A stretch of 64,000 bases of DNA from Candidatus Latescibacterota bacterium. GTDB taxonomy: Bacteria; Latescibacterota; UBA2968. The first letter of the stretch is position 1. Every line of letters starts with the position of its first letter. A model generated the notes under the pieces. It was not told where the DNA came from. It saw only the letters and a list, made by a program, of their open reading frames with translations, and ran no database searches. Both the position numbers and the translations under genes were made by a program. Location of the stretch: assembly GCA_965208125.1 (NCBI GenBank), contig OZ242320.1, positions 3,744,001 through 3,808,000 on the forward strand, written 5' to 3'. Positions 45,455 through 54,857 of the stretch are shown here, piece by piece.

Positions 45455-46704
45455 TGTTACGCCGTACCTCTCTTTATCTCGTCGCTATCTGGATTTTGGC
45501 TCAGGTCTTTGCCGATGGTGTATGTGCCGAAATTGGGATTGATCGCGATTTTTCCGGGCGCGTGAATGTCGAAAGCCGATGGTTTCCCCAGGCCGGTGCT
45601 TTTTCCGGTCAGGGGGCACATGCCATCGGTTTTGTTGTAGTACCCAAACTTTATCTTGAAGACGATAAGGGGCGGAGTTTCACGCTGTCACCGTTCTTTC
45701 GCTATGACAACGCGGATCCACGCCGCACCCATGCCGATCTGCGCGAAGCCTATTTTCTACTATTCGGCGAGATCGGCGATGGCGAATGGGAGTTGCGCGT
45801 GGGTATTGATCAGGTTTTTTGGGGCGTTACAGAATCGCAACATCTGGTCGATATTGTCAATCAGGTTGATCTGGTGGAGCATCCAAATGGAGAGACAAAG
45901 CTGGGGCAGCCGATGGTGCATGTCACCTATTCCAGCAGTTGGGGGGTGATGGAGTTTTTTGCTTTGCCGTATCACCGGGTGCGTACCTTTCCGGGCGAAT
46001 CTGGTCGCCTGCGTCTTCCGATTGTGGTGGAAGATAAGCAGGCCGAGTATGAGAGCGAGGCACATCTGGATTTCGCGGGGCGGTATAGTCAGAGTTTTGG
46101 TGCTGTGGATGTTGGTGTGAGTGTATTCAACGGTACCAGTCGGGAGCCTTTTTTGATGCCGGGCGCAGATCGTAGCGGAGCGCCGGTATTGGTTCAGTTC
46201 TACGATCAGATCCGTCAGTTTGGGCTGGATGCGCAACTGACTGTCGGTTCGTGGTTGTTCAAGTTCGAGGCTATTCAGCGCGCGGGTGCTCGAAACCTGC
46301 TGGGCATGGAAGAAGATTATGTGGCTTCTGTTTTTGGCGGCGAATACACGTTTTATTCCGTGTTTGGTTCGGCTGTTGATGTCAGTTTGCTCGGCGAATG
46401 GAATTACGATGGACGGGGACGCAATGCGACGCCGAGTCGTTCGCCCAATACGCTCGAGAACGATTTCTTTTTTGCTACGCGCCTTGCGTTTAACGATGTT
46501 CAGAGTACTGAAATTGTAGCGAGTATTCTGGGGGATGTGGGCCGTTCTACACGCGCACTATCTGTCGAATTGGATCGGCGTATCTCTGATCAGGTGTCTC
46601 TAAACATAGAGGCGATACATCTTCTCAGTATTGATAAAGCAGATATCCACTACGATACGCGACGCGATAGTTTTGTTGATCTGAGACTGATTTGCAATTT
46701 TTAG
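45451..46704 (+). CDS. Outer-membrane beta-barrel protein (DUF1302-like)
   Basis: Signal peptide; 'DLREAY', 'VG.DQVFWG..E...LVD.VN..D'; terminal Phe; last gene of MMPL operon. Confidence 0.75.
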   Translation: MMLRRTSLYLVAIWILAQVFADGVCAEIGIDRDFSGRVNVESRWFPQAGAFSGQGAHAIGFVVVPKLYLEDDKGRSFTLSPFFRYDNADPRRTHADLREAYFLLFGEIGDGEWELRVGIDQVFWGVTESQHLVDIVNQVDLVEHPNGETKLGQPMVHVTYSSSWGVMEFFALPYHRVRTFPGESGRLRLPIVVEDKQAEYESEAHLDFAGRYSQSFGAVDVGVSVFNGTSREPFLMPGADRSGAPVLVQFYDQIRQFGLDAQLTVGSWLFKFEAIQRAGARNLLGMEEDYVASVFGGEYTFYSVFGSAVDVSLLGEWNYDGRGRNATPSRSPNTLENDFFFATRLAFNDVQSTEIVASILGDVGRSTRALSVELDRRISDQVSLNIEAIHLLSIDKADIHYDTRRDSFVDLRLICNF

Positions 46705-46726
46705 TTGTTGCACTATCTCTAATTAA

Positions 46727-46766
46727 AAACACCCCCTGCCTGGCCATTCCGGGCGAGGGGGTATTT
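46727..46766. terminator. Probable bidirectional terminator
   Basis: ACCCCCT-GCCTGG...CCGGGC-G-AGGGGGT stem between convergent genes. Confidence 0.6.
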
Positions 46767-46784
46767 GGTTGTATGAAGAAGCGA

Positions 46785-48104
46785 TCACGTTACGCCAGGT
46801 TCCATACCCGGTTCGCCCGCGTGGTAAGACGCCAGGCACCAGGGGTCCCGGGTTTCTTTGCGGAAGGTGCGAACTTTTTGTCGCATGGCTTCGGCGATGT
46901 CTTGAACAGCGGGATCGTCGATGATGTTGGTGGATTCCATGGGGTCGTTTTCAATGTCGAAGAGGGCTTCGGCATCCTGGTGTAGAAATTTTTCCGTGCG
47001 GCGTTTGCCCATTTCCAGATTTTCTCGGCGAATGGCCTGCCAGGTGGGCGATGCCCACAGGTCACTGGGCAAAGGGGTGGTGAGTTCGGGATAGAGATTG
47101 CGGACGTATTTGTATTTGCGTCCGCGCAGAACCCGGTAGGGATAGTAATTGGTGACTTCGTGAAAGGTGTGGGAAAAGAAGGTTTCGTCAAATCCCTCGG
47201 GATGTGTTTCGTCGAGGATGGGAACGAGAGATTTTTCGGGCAAACCTTCAGGGGGTTCAACGCCGCACCATTCATAGATGGTCGGGGCGATGTTGTTCCA
47301 GTTGACGAGGGCGTCACTGACAACGGCTTCGGCATTTGGGCGCGTAATGATGAGCGGACAGTGATGGCCTGTGTCAAAAGAAGAGGCTTTGCCGCCTGGA
47401 AAGGGCATGCCGTGGTCGCTCATGACGATGATCATGGTGTCGTCGGCTCGGCCAGCGTCTTGAAGTGCCTGCACTGCCATGCCAATGCCGGTGTCGAGGC
47501 GAGAGACGGATTGGTAGTATTCGACAAATTCTCGTCGGACATCTGGATGGTCGGGCAGAAAATCGGGGACGATGACTTCTTCGGGTGAATACGTGACTTC
47601 GGGGACGCCGGGATAGGTTTGTTTGTTGCCGAAGTCACGGTGGGGATCGGAATAACCGACGTGGAGATAGAATGGCTGGTCGTTGTCAATGCTTTCAAAG
47701 AATTTTGATATGTTGTCCGCGATAGAACGCACATTGCGCCCACCACCGGCTTCATAGTTCCAGGGATAGACAGATTCGGGTTGTACGTGGAGTTTGCCGA
47801 CAACGCCGGTTGTGAATCCAGCGGATTGCAGTGTTTTGGGAATTGAAGGCATGTTGAGTTGTGTGTGGAAGTTGTGGATGCTGTGCGAGTGACCGTATTG
47901 ACCATGTGTGTGGCTGTAGTGCCCGGTGAGCAGGTTGGCGCGGCTGGCTGCACAGGATGGGGTGGTGCAAAAGGCGTGTTTAAATAAGGTGCCTCGTGCG
48001 GCAAGTGCATCTACGCTGGGCATTTTGATGACGTCATTGCCGTAACATCCAGCAATGGGGCTCCAATCGTCGGCTATGAGTAAGAGGACGTTGCGATAGG
48101 ACAT
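46785..48104 (-). CDS. Sulfatase, N-sulfoglucosamine sulfohydrolase (sulfamidase)-like
   Basis: 'NVLLLIADD', CAASR motif, 'GKLHV.P..VYP', 'DPHRDF', 'SDHGMPFP', 'HTFHEVTNYYP.R'. Confidence 0.9.
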   Translation of the reverse strand: MSYRNVLLLIADDWSPIAGCYGNDVIKMPSVDALAARGTLFKHAFCTTPSCAASRANLLTGHYSHTHGQYGHSHSIHNFHTQLNMPSIPKTLQSAGFTTGVVGKLHVQPESVYPWNYEAGGGRNVRSIADNISKFFESIDNDQPFYLHVGYSDPHRDFGNKQTYPGVPEVTYSPEEVIVPDFLPDHPDVRREFVEYYQSVSRLDTGIGMAVQALQDAGRADDTMIIVMSDHGMPFPGGKASSFDTGHHCPLIITRPNAEAVVSDALVNWNNIAPTIYEWCGVEPPEGLPEKSLVPILDETHPEGFDETFFSHTFHEVTNYYPYRVLRGRKYKYVRNLYPELTTPLPSDLWASPTWQAIRRENLEMGKRRTEKFLHQDAEALFDIENDPMESTNIIDDPAVQDIAEAMRQKVRTFRKETRDPWCLASYHAGEPGMEPGVT

Positions 48105-48180
48105 AATATCTCCTTGTTGTGATTGCACCCTTTGGACGCTTCAATGTGGGTGGTTATGTGGTTTTCCATTCGGTTTAATA

Positions 48181-49998
48181 TCATACTTTGTCTAACCAGA
48201 TCGGGCTGGTCCACGCCCGGTGACCATCGTGCTGGTAGATGCGAAGATAGCAGTAGTGAACACCTGAGGGTGAAAAGGTCAGGTGGACGGTATCTCCCAG
48301 GATAATGTGCTGTTTTTTGGGTGTAAAGGTTTGGGATATGTCCCCATTGACCATCAATTCGATGCGGTCTATGTCTGCTGTGCCCAGAACTTCGGCGGTA
48401 AATTCGTAGCGATGTGCCCTGACAGTGCTGCCCATGGGATGGGAATTGATTTGAAAATCGATATAGATCCGGGTGCCAGTGGTGGCGTAGCACCGGCGCT
48501 TTGAGAAAGCATCGAAGATGGTGGGGCGGTCAAGCCGTTCCGCCCACAGGCCGGTAAGTCCCGCGGGTTTGCCAGGTCCCGGTTCCGGATAAGGGTTTGC
48601 CGGACGGGAGTCGTGGGTGTCGCTGCCGCTGACAATACCGAGTTTGAGACCCTGAAACTGGATGGCCCGGTTGATTTTGGCTTCTTCAAGATCCACGTTG
48701 ACATTCTGCTTCTGGTAGATTTCTGCGAGGCATTCCCGTTCATAAAAGGCGGTGTGAAAGTGCCCTTGAGTGAATCCGCCCCGGGCATGGACGGCGTCAT
48801 AGAGTTCTCGGTAATCCTTGCAGAAGACGGTTTCCGGATGGTAGCGCGCCTGGAGTTTGGGGTCGTGGGCTTCGGGTCGATCTTCGCAGAAGATGGGAGA
48901 AAGACCGTCCAGGTCGGGAAAGAATCCGAGACGATGACTGCCGTCGGGCGGTGTGGCGAATTCAATGGAGGGGAGAGCAATAAATTCTCCGGGCAGTGTG
49001 AAGGAACGCCAGGCATCTATAAGCTGTTCCCAGACTTCGGCGATGCAGGCGCTATACGAAAAAAGCTGTCCGCCCGAGAAGCTCAGATGGGCGATGTCTC
49101 TGGCCCAGATAAAATAGTCTGTCAGAGGACGCTGGTTGAACAGCATGCCGTGGATATCACCCCAGTACAGAGTTAAATCAGAGGGTGTAGTAGTGACCCG
49201 CGTGGGATTGCTCTGAGCGTTCAGCTTTCCACACATGGCAGAGATCTGGTCCCAGGGGGCCTTCGCAGAGAGGTGCGTACGCGTGGTGTGGGAATTGTCC
49301 AGAAATACGCTGATGCTTTCCGCTGCAGTAGCAAGGGTGAGTTCGTCTTTGGAAAAGACGGGATTGCCGTATGTGTCGATGGGGGTGACCTGCGCTGCGA
49401 TACGCCCTGTGCTCAGCGCGTGCGCTGTCACCCGGAGCGTTTCCACAGATCCGGGCGCAATGGTGAGGGGATTGCTCTTGAGAATGGAGAGGTCTGTATC
49501 TCTGGGCAAAAAAAAGTGATACTTACCTCCTGGATGATCAAAAGAAAGGACACCGTCCAGATCTTCGACAAGCCAGAAGTGAAAGGCGTCAATGGCGTTC
49601 TGCGGGAGCAGAAACCCGTCCGGATGGGTGCGAAGCGCAATGGTGACGCGTTCTCCGGGTGCAACCCGACCTTTTTCGCACCTGATGTGAACGGCGTGGA
49701 GAAACTCGGGCGTCAACGGGTGCGTGTCAAAGGTGCGCACAACGCCGCCTCCCACAAGGGGGACGCCCTCCCAGTCCGTGTCTGGTGGGCCTGTGATCTC
49801 GATGCCGTCGTGGGGTTGAAATGCCTGATCCCTGTTGAGGTACTGGCGGATGTCGTAGAAGATCCACAGGTTTCCACCGGCCCGAAATCCGCCGTCCGGT
49901 GCCCGGTAGTGGAGCCGGAGATCCACGGGACAGCAGACCTGAAGCCTGCCGGCTGCGGTTGCCCAAAATCGGCTGTCGGGCATGTGAATGTCTCGCAT
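48181..49998 (-). CDS. DUF3604/PHP-like metallohydrolase
   Basis: 'LYWGDIHG', 'GSDTH', 'GLTG.WA..L.R..IFDA...RRCYATTG', 'AWTSPIW'; start placed just after upstream stop. Confidence 0.78.
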   Translation of the reverse strand: MRDIHMPDSRFWATAAGRLQVCCPVDLRLHYRAPDGGFRAGGNLWIFYDIRQYLNRDQAFQPHDGIEITGPPDTDWEGVPLVGGGVVRTFDTHPLTPEFLHAVHIRCEKGRVAPGERVTIALRTHPDGFLLPQNAIDAFHFWLVEDLDGVLSFDHPGGKYHFFLPRDTDLSILKSNPLTIAPGSVETLRVTAHALSTGRIAAQVTPIDTYGNPVFSKDELTLATAAESISVFLDNSHTTRTHLSAKAPWDQISAMCGKLNAQSNPTRVTTTPSDLTLYWGDIHGMLFNQRPLTDYFIWARDIAHLSFSGGQLFSYSACIAEVWEQLIDAWRSFTLPGEFIALPSIEFATPPDGSHRLGFFPDLDGLSPIFCEDRPEAHDPKLQARYHPETVFCKDYRELYDAVHARGGFTQGHFHTAFYERECLAEIYQKQNVNVDLEEAKINRAIQFQGLKLGIVSGSDTHDSRPANPYPEPGPGKPAGLTGLWAERLDRPTIFDAFSKRRCYATTGTRIYIDFQINSHPMGSTVRAHRYEFTAEVLGTADIDRIELMVNGDISQTFTPKKQHIILGDTVHLTFSPSGVHYCYLRIYQHDGHRAWTSPIWLDKV

Positions 49999-49999
49999 C

Positions 50000-51313
50000 T
50001 TACCTTTTTGAACTGTTGTCGCGTTTTCGCTCATCGGCTATTTGTTCGAGCATGCGATGCACGCGGTCGGTTTGTTTAGAGGTAATATTTGTTGTTTCAT
50101 AGGGGTCGGCACCAATGTGAAAGAGTTCGGTTTCTTCAGGTGTCTGGCCTTCTTCGTAGATCAATTTCCAATTGCCCGTTCGCAGGCCAAAGGACGATCC
50201 TCTAAAGTTCCAGAAGATAGACCGTTCTTCAGGTACGGTGATGTCGCCTGTGAGCAGAGACCAGATGTCCTGACCATCCCATTGGGGATCGCTGTTCGGC
50301 GTGTAACCGATGAGATTGGTCAGGGTTGGCATCCAATCGGTTATGTGCAGGGGGTGAAGGCATTTGCCGGGTTGGAGATGAAAAGGCCAATTGATTAGAG
50401 TAGGAGTGCGGATACCGCCTTCGTAGAGTTGAGATTTTTGTCCCCGCAAGGGCAGGTTGCTGCCCAGGCGCGGCATGTCTTCGTGGCGGCCTGGGTATTT
50501 GTCCGTGTCGTGAAGTGGGCCAGCAGGGATGGCACCGTTATCCGATGAGAAGATGATGATGGTGTTTTCGCGCTGGCACAGACGGGCAAGGCTTTCGACG
50601 AGTTGGCCGATGGCGTGATCCATCTGGCTGGCGTAGGCGGCATAGGTTTTGAATGAGCGGTCTTTGTTGTCGTCGGGATCATAGCGTCGGTCTGAATAGC
50701 GATCTATCCAGTGTTGCGGCGCTTTGATGGGGGTGTGAACAGCAGTGAAAGGGACATAGCAAAACCAGGGGCCTGTTTGTTCTTCGATCCACTGAGTGGC
50801 TTCCCGAGCGATGAGGTCGGTGACGTGACCGCGTTCTTCGATGAGTTCGCCATTGCGGTGCCAGGTGACGCTGAATGGCCCCGATTTGTAGCGGTGGTTA
50901 TAGGGGTCAACGCCGCCAGCCAGGCTCCCATAAGCTGTATTGAAACCAAATTGGTGGGGACCGTATTCGGGGGAGGATCCCAAATGCCATTTTCCAAAGA
51001 GGCCGGTTTCATAGCCTGCATTGCGAAAGGATGTGGCGAGTGTTTCATAGCCGTCGGGGAGGACGGGGGCGTTGGATGGGACAGTGGCATGGCGTCCAAA
51101 GCGACCGGGATGACGGCCGGTCAATAGGCATGTGCGGGTGGGTGTGCACATGGGACAGACGTAGTGCTGGTCGAGTTCGATTCCCGTGGCTGCGAGGCGG
51201 TCGATATTGGGCGTGCGAATGTGTGAGCCGTGATAGCTGACGTCACCCCAGCCCATGTCGTCGGCGAGGATGAAGAGGATGTTGGGTTTTTCAATTTTTC
51301 CAGATTTTGTCAT
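50000..51313 (-). CDS. Arylsulfatase (ARSB-like)
   Basis: 'PNILFILADDMGWGD', CTPTR motif, 'GKWHLG', 'SSDNG', 'LYEGGIRTP'. Confidence 0.93.
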   Translation of the reverse strand: MTKSGKIEKPNILFILADDMGWGDVSYHGSHIRTPNIDRLAATGIELDQHYVCPMCTPTRTCLLTGRHPGRFGRHATVPSNAPVLPDGYETLATSFRNAGYETGLFGKWHLGSSPEYGPHQFGFNTAYGSLAGGVDPYNHRYKSGPFSVTWHRNGELIEERGHVTDLIAREATQWIEEQTGPWFCYVPFTAVHTPIKAPQHWIDRYSDRRYDPDDNKDRSFKTYAAYASQMDHAIGQLVESLARLCQRENTIIIFSSDNGAIPAGPLHDTDKYPGRHEDMPRLGSNLPLRGQKSQLYEGGIRTPTLINWPFHLQPGKCLHPLHITDWMPTLTNLIGYTPNSDPQWDGQDIWSLLTGDITVPEERSIFWNFRGSSFGLRTGNWKLIYEEGQTPEETELFHIGADPYETTNITSKQTDRVHRMLEQIADERKRDNSSKR

Positions 51314-51335
51314 GTCGGGTATCCTTTTAAATAAG

Positions 51336-51743
51336 CTATAAAATCCATTGTCTGATTTTACCGTTTTCTCTGTGTTTCGCATACCACAATAATAGAATTA
51401 TGATTGCGACACCTGTGCCATCCCATACGACATCGGTCCAGACGCCAGTGCGATTGGGTACAAAGGATTGATGGTATTCGTCCAATATCGCATAGAGAAT
51501 GGATATCAGGACGCTCCACAATACACAGGAGGTAAATCGGTTTTTTGTCCATAAAGAACGGAAACACAAATAGGTCAGAATAGCGTATTCTGCTATGTGC
51601 GCGAATTTGCGCACTGCATGGTGTATTCGTTCACTAAAAAAGAAAATTTTTTGTGTGTTCTCGAACGATAGCAGGCCACTTGATCCAACAAAAATTAAGA
51701 GTAGCCAGATAAATAGGGCGATGCGCCAATGCGTTGTTGTCAT
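51336..51743 (-). CDS. VanZ family membrane protein
   Basis: 'VRKFAH..EYAIL', 'YAILDEYHQSFVPNR....DV..D'. Confidence 0.88.
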   Translation of the reverse strand: MTTTHWRIALFIWLLLIFVGSSGLLSFENTQKIFFFSERIHHAVRKFAHIAEYAILTYLCFRSLWTKNRFTSCVLWSVLISILYAILDEYHQSFVPNRTGVWTDVVWDGTGVAIIILLLWYAKHRENGKIRQWIL

Positions 51744-51755
51744 GAGTTTTCCACC

Positions 51756-52496
51756 CTACTGTACAGTTTTGAGGGCTTGTATCGCGTCGTCGGTTGCGTC
51801 TATGACATGAGTACTCGCGGGTACGATAAATTCAAACCATTTGTTTTTCAATTCTGGATTGATACTCAAATTGTGAAAGGTCTGCGTAATGATCTCATTG
51901 TCTTCGGCATCAAAAAAGCCAACCCGGCGCAACAGACCATCTTCGGGATTGATGAGCAATTGTGCTTTGACAGGGGGGGTAGGTAGTTGTGCGTGCAAGA
52001 GATTAGCTCTGGGTTTGGCTTCAAAGACGCGGTGGGGGCGTTCTTCAAATATTTCGTCTGCGGTATAGCGAATGCTGGTCCATTCCAGACCTCTAAAGGG
52101 ACGCAAGGGATCGGCCTGGTCCGCATCGGCTTCGAGGTTGGTAATGCGATAGACGCGCCCCAGGTTCACTTTGGTGACGATTTTTTCTTCGCGGTCATAG
52201 GTCCACATCAGGCCGCCATCCGACAGGCGCTGTGAAATGATCACTTGATCTTGCACGGTGTCGAGACGCATCAGATTGGGGCGCTTAAAGGTTGCGCTGG
52301 CATTGAGCGTTAGTTCCTGATCCATAACGCGAATGACGGTCGTCTGTTCGGCCTTACAGGTAGCGATTTCTCTGGCATTTTTTTGAATTTCAACCATTAT
52401 TTCATCGGTTTTCCCATCCCCTGTTGACATTTTGTTTTCATTTTCCGCGCTGACCTGAGCTGTGAGGATCAGCATTGCGATCATCCAGCGTTTCAT
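51756..52496 (-). CDS. LolA-like outer membrane lipoprotein carrier protein
   Basis: Signal peptide; 'FKRPNLMR', 'SDG..MWTYD', 'F.F..P....VID'; AAGGAG RBS. Confidence 0.72.
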   Translation of the reverse strand: MKRWMIAMLILTAQVSAENENKMSTGDGKTDEIMVEIQKNAREIATCKAEQTTVIRVMDQELTLNASATFKRPNLMRLDTVQDQVIISQRLSDGGLMWTYDREEKIVTKVNLGRVYRITNLEADADQADPLRPFRGLEWTSIRYTADEIFEERPHRVFEAKPRANLLHAQLPTPPVKAQLLINPEDGLLRRVGFFDAEDNEIITQTFHNLSINPELKNKWFEFIVPASTHVIDATDDAIQALKTVQ

Positions 52497-52508
52497 AACG
52501 TGCTCCTT

Positions 52509-53105
52509 ATGAGAAATTTTATTCTTCGCGCTCGCAAAGGTCCGACCACACCCGATTTTTCACTGGATGACCTGCGCCGAGTTGGACGATTAGAGATTGT
52601 GGCGCATTGTTTGGCTAACGCGCTTTTTTATTCTCAAAATATACGAACCAATACTGTTGTACATCTCGTCTTTGATGGGCCTTCAGATCCGCCGAAAATC
52701 GTGCGTTTTGAAAGCGATCATTTACCTTATTTGGGTGGGTTTGATGAACGCACACTGGCAGGGGCTGTGCAAAAAGCACTATCTGCTGGCAAGGGTTTGT
52801 CTCTGGGCGAAGAGCGGCAGGTTGAGGACGGTCTTTTTGTGGCGAAAAAGGGATTTGAACGCGTTGTGCAAGATCGCACGGAATCGCTCTATGTACTCGA
52901 GCGCAGAGGTGCTGATATTCGCACGGTGACATTTCCCCAGGATGTAACTTTTGTCTTTTCAGACCACCTTACAATGCCAAAAAAAACGGCTAAGTATTTG
53001 CGCCGTCTCGGTGCTAAACCAATTTGCGTGGGGCCCCGGATGTTGTTTGCCTCTCAGTGTATTGTACTGCTACACAATGAATTGGATCGGCAAGATATTT
53101 GGTAA
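52509..53105 (+). CDS. trmY: tRNA (pseudouridine54-N1)-methyltransferase TrmY-like SPOUT enzyme
   Basis: 'FSLDDL...GRLE....C...A.F.S..IR', 'DER..A', 'F.FSDH', 'VGP..LFASQCI...HNELD'. Confidence 0.82.
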   Translation: MRNFILRARKGPTTPDFSLDDLRRVGRLEIVAHCLANALFYSQNIRTNTVVHLVFDGPSDPPKIVRFESDHLPYLGGFDERTLAGAVQKALSAGKGLSLGEERQVEDGLFVAKKGFERVVQDRTESLYVLERRGADIRTVTFPQDVTFVFSDHLTMPKKTAKYLRRLGAKPICVGPRMLFASQCIVLLHNELDRQDIW

Positions 53106-53111
53106 AGTGAT

Positions 53112-53609
53112 TTACTGAAAGAGTTTGAATGTCGCGCCGATGTGTCCGGAAAATCCACTGATGACATCGTTTTGATCTTCGACAAATTTGATCTTGGCAA
53201 ATAGCCCGAGTTTTTCACCTATTGGAAATTTGTATCCCAATTCCCCACCTATAAAACGCTCAGAAGCACCATCGGATAATACAATTCCAATACTCGGTCC
53301 CAAAAAAAGCTTGTGGGATTCAAAGTCGCGCATGCCAATCGCATAGTTGAGACTCAGGCCCAGGGTCTGCATCATTGGGCTGGCAAAACTTATGTCGTAA
53401 AACGGCGCAAATATGAATGGTCCAGGCAGGTTGAGATGGACAGAGGCGTGCAGAGCGATCCCTCCGGCTGATTCAAAACGCGGGCGAATACTGTCGTTCC
53501 ACATAAAGCCTCCACCTATGTTTACGCCGTCGATAAATGCCGCATCGGCAGTACCTATACCAGAAAACAACACACATAGCACGAGACAAACACTTTTTAG
53601 AATCTTCAT
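53112..53609 (-). CDS. Small outer-membrane beta-barrel protein
   Basis: Signal peptide, alternating amphipathic strands, near-terminal aromatic; AAGGAG RBS. Confidence 0.6.
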   Translation of the reverse strand: MKILKSVCLVLCVLFSGIGTADAAFIDGVNIGGGFMWNDSIRPRFESAGGIALHASVHLNLPGPFIFAPFYDISFASPMMQTLGLSLNYAIGMRDFESHKLFLGPSIGIVLSDGASERFIGGELGYKFPIGEKLGLFAKIKFVEDQNDVISGFSGHIGATFKLFQ

Positions 53610-53637
53610 AAAATCTCCTTTAAAGTTTGATTCCAGA

Positions 53638-54702
53638 TCACACGTATCGCTCGTCCAATGCTGCGACCACATTTTTTACGCGCTGAGAGCCATCGCGGGG
53701 TACAATAAGCAGGGCATCGCCCGTATCGACTACGATTAAATTCTCGACATCGACCAGCGCAATTATTTTGTCTTTGCCGCCATAAACTGTTGTGTTTTTC
53801 GCATTGAGCGATAGCACATCGCCGCGTAGTAAATTGCCATTTTCATCTACGGGCAAGACATCCGTCAAAGCTCCCCACGCGCCGATATCGCTCCATTCAA
53901 TATCGGCTTGTAGGGTCGCAATATCCGACGCGCGTTCGATAATCGCATGATCAATGGCGATGTTTTTCATCTGGGGATAGACCTGGGCAATGACGTCTGC
54001 TTCTCGTCCCACTTTAGCAGCGGTGCCAATTCGTTCGAGCAGGGCATACATCTCGGGTTCAAATTTTGCAAAAAGATCCAGTATTGTTCTGGCTTTCCAC
54101 ACAAACATATTGCTATTCCACAGATATTGCCCGCTCTCCAGATATGTTTTTACTGCTTCCGCATCGGGTTTTTCTGTGAATGACTCTACGGCATAAATCG
54201 GCTCGTTGTTTACTTTTACAATCACATTGCCCTTTTGTATATAGCCAAAGCCCGTGTCTGCGCGCGTTGGTTTTACACCGAGTACAAACAGGGTTTCTGG
54301 GCGATCCTCCAGCGCGTCGGCTGCTACTTTGAGCAATCGACAAAATTCCTCTGGTTTGCCAATGTGGTGATCAGAACCCAGACTCGCAATTGTACATCCG
54401 GGAAAACGAGCTTCCAACAAGGCGCATTCAAGCCCCACCGCAGGCCCTGTGTTGCGGAGTGCTGGTTCTAAAATCGCATTTTCAGGAGGTAATTCGGGCA
54501 ATTGTTCTCGAACGCTATGCAATAGTTTTACGCCGGTGGATACAAAAAGATCATCCATTTTAGCCAGCGAATTGAGGCGATTTACCGCCTCTTGCAACAT
54601 CGTGTATTCACCTGTTAAAGCGTGAAATTGTTTGGGCCTGTTTTTGCGACTCAAAGGCCATAGCCGCGTGCCAACACCACCCGCGCGAATGACAAATTTC
54701 AT
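53638..54702 (-). CDS. manC: Mannose-1-phosphate guanylyltransferase
   Basis: 'AGG.GTRLWPLSR...PKQF', 'EP..RNTGPA', 'TGFGYI', 'F.EKPD', 'WSDIGAW'. Confidence 0.92.
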   Translation of the reverse strand: MKFVIRAGGVGTRLWPLSRKNRPKQFHALTGEYTMLQEAVNRLNSLAKMDDLFVSTGVKLLHSVREQLPELPPENAILEPALRNTGPAVGLECALLEARFPGCTIASLGSDHHIGKPEEFCRLLKVAADALEDRPETLFVLGVKPTRADTGFGYIQKGNVIVKVNNEPIYAVESFTEKPDAEAVKTYLESGQYLWNSNMFVWKARTILDLFAKFEPEMYALLERIGTAAKVGREADVIAQVYPQMKNIAIDHAIIERASDIATLQADIEWSDIGAWGALTDVLPVDENGNLLRGDVLSLNAKNTTVYGGKDKIIALVDVENLIVVDTGDALLIVPRDGSQRVKNVVAALDERYV

Positions 54703-54857
54703 GTCCCGTATCCAGATATTACAAAACAAAAAGTAATGTCTCTTGCCAGAGGGCACAACCGAAACCTTGCAGCAAAGGCCGTCTTTTTATATCTTTATCC
54801 AAATCCGGATGCAACATCCCCCAGGGGTTTGCTACCCCGTAACAGGAGCTGACTCTT

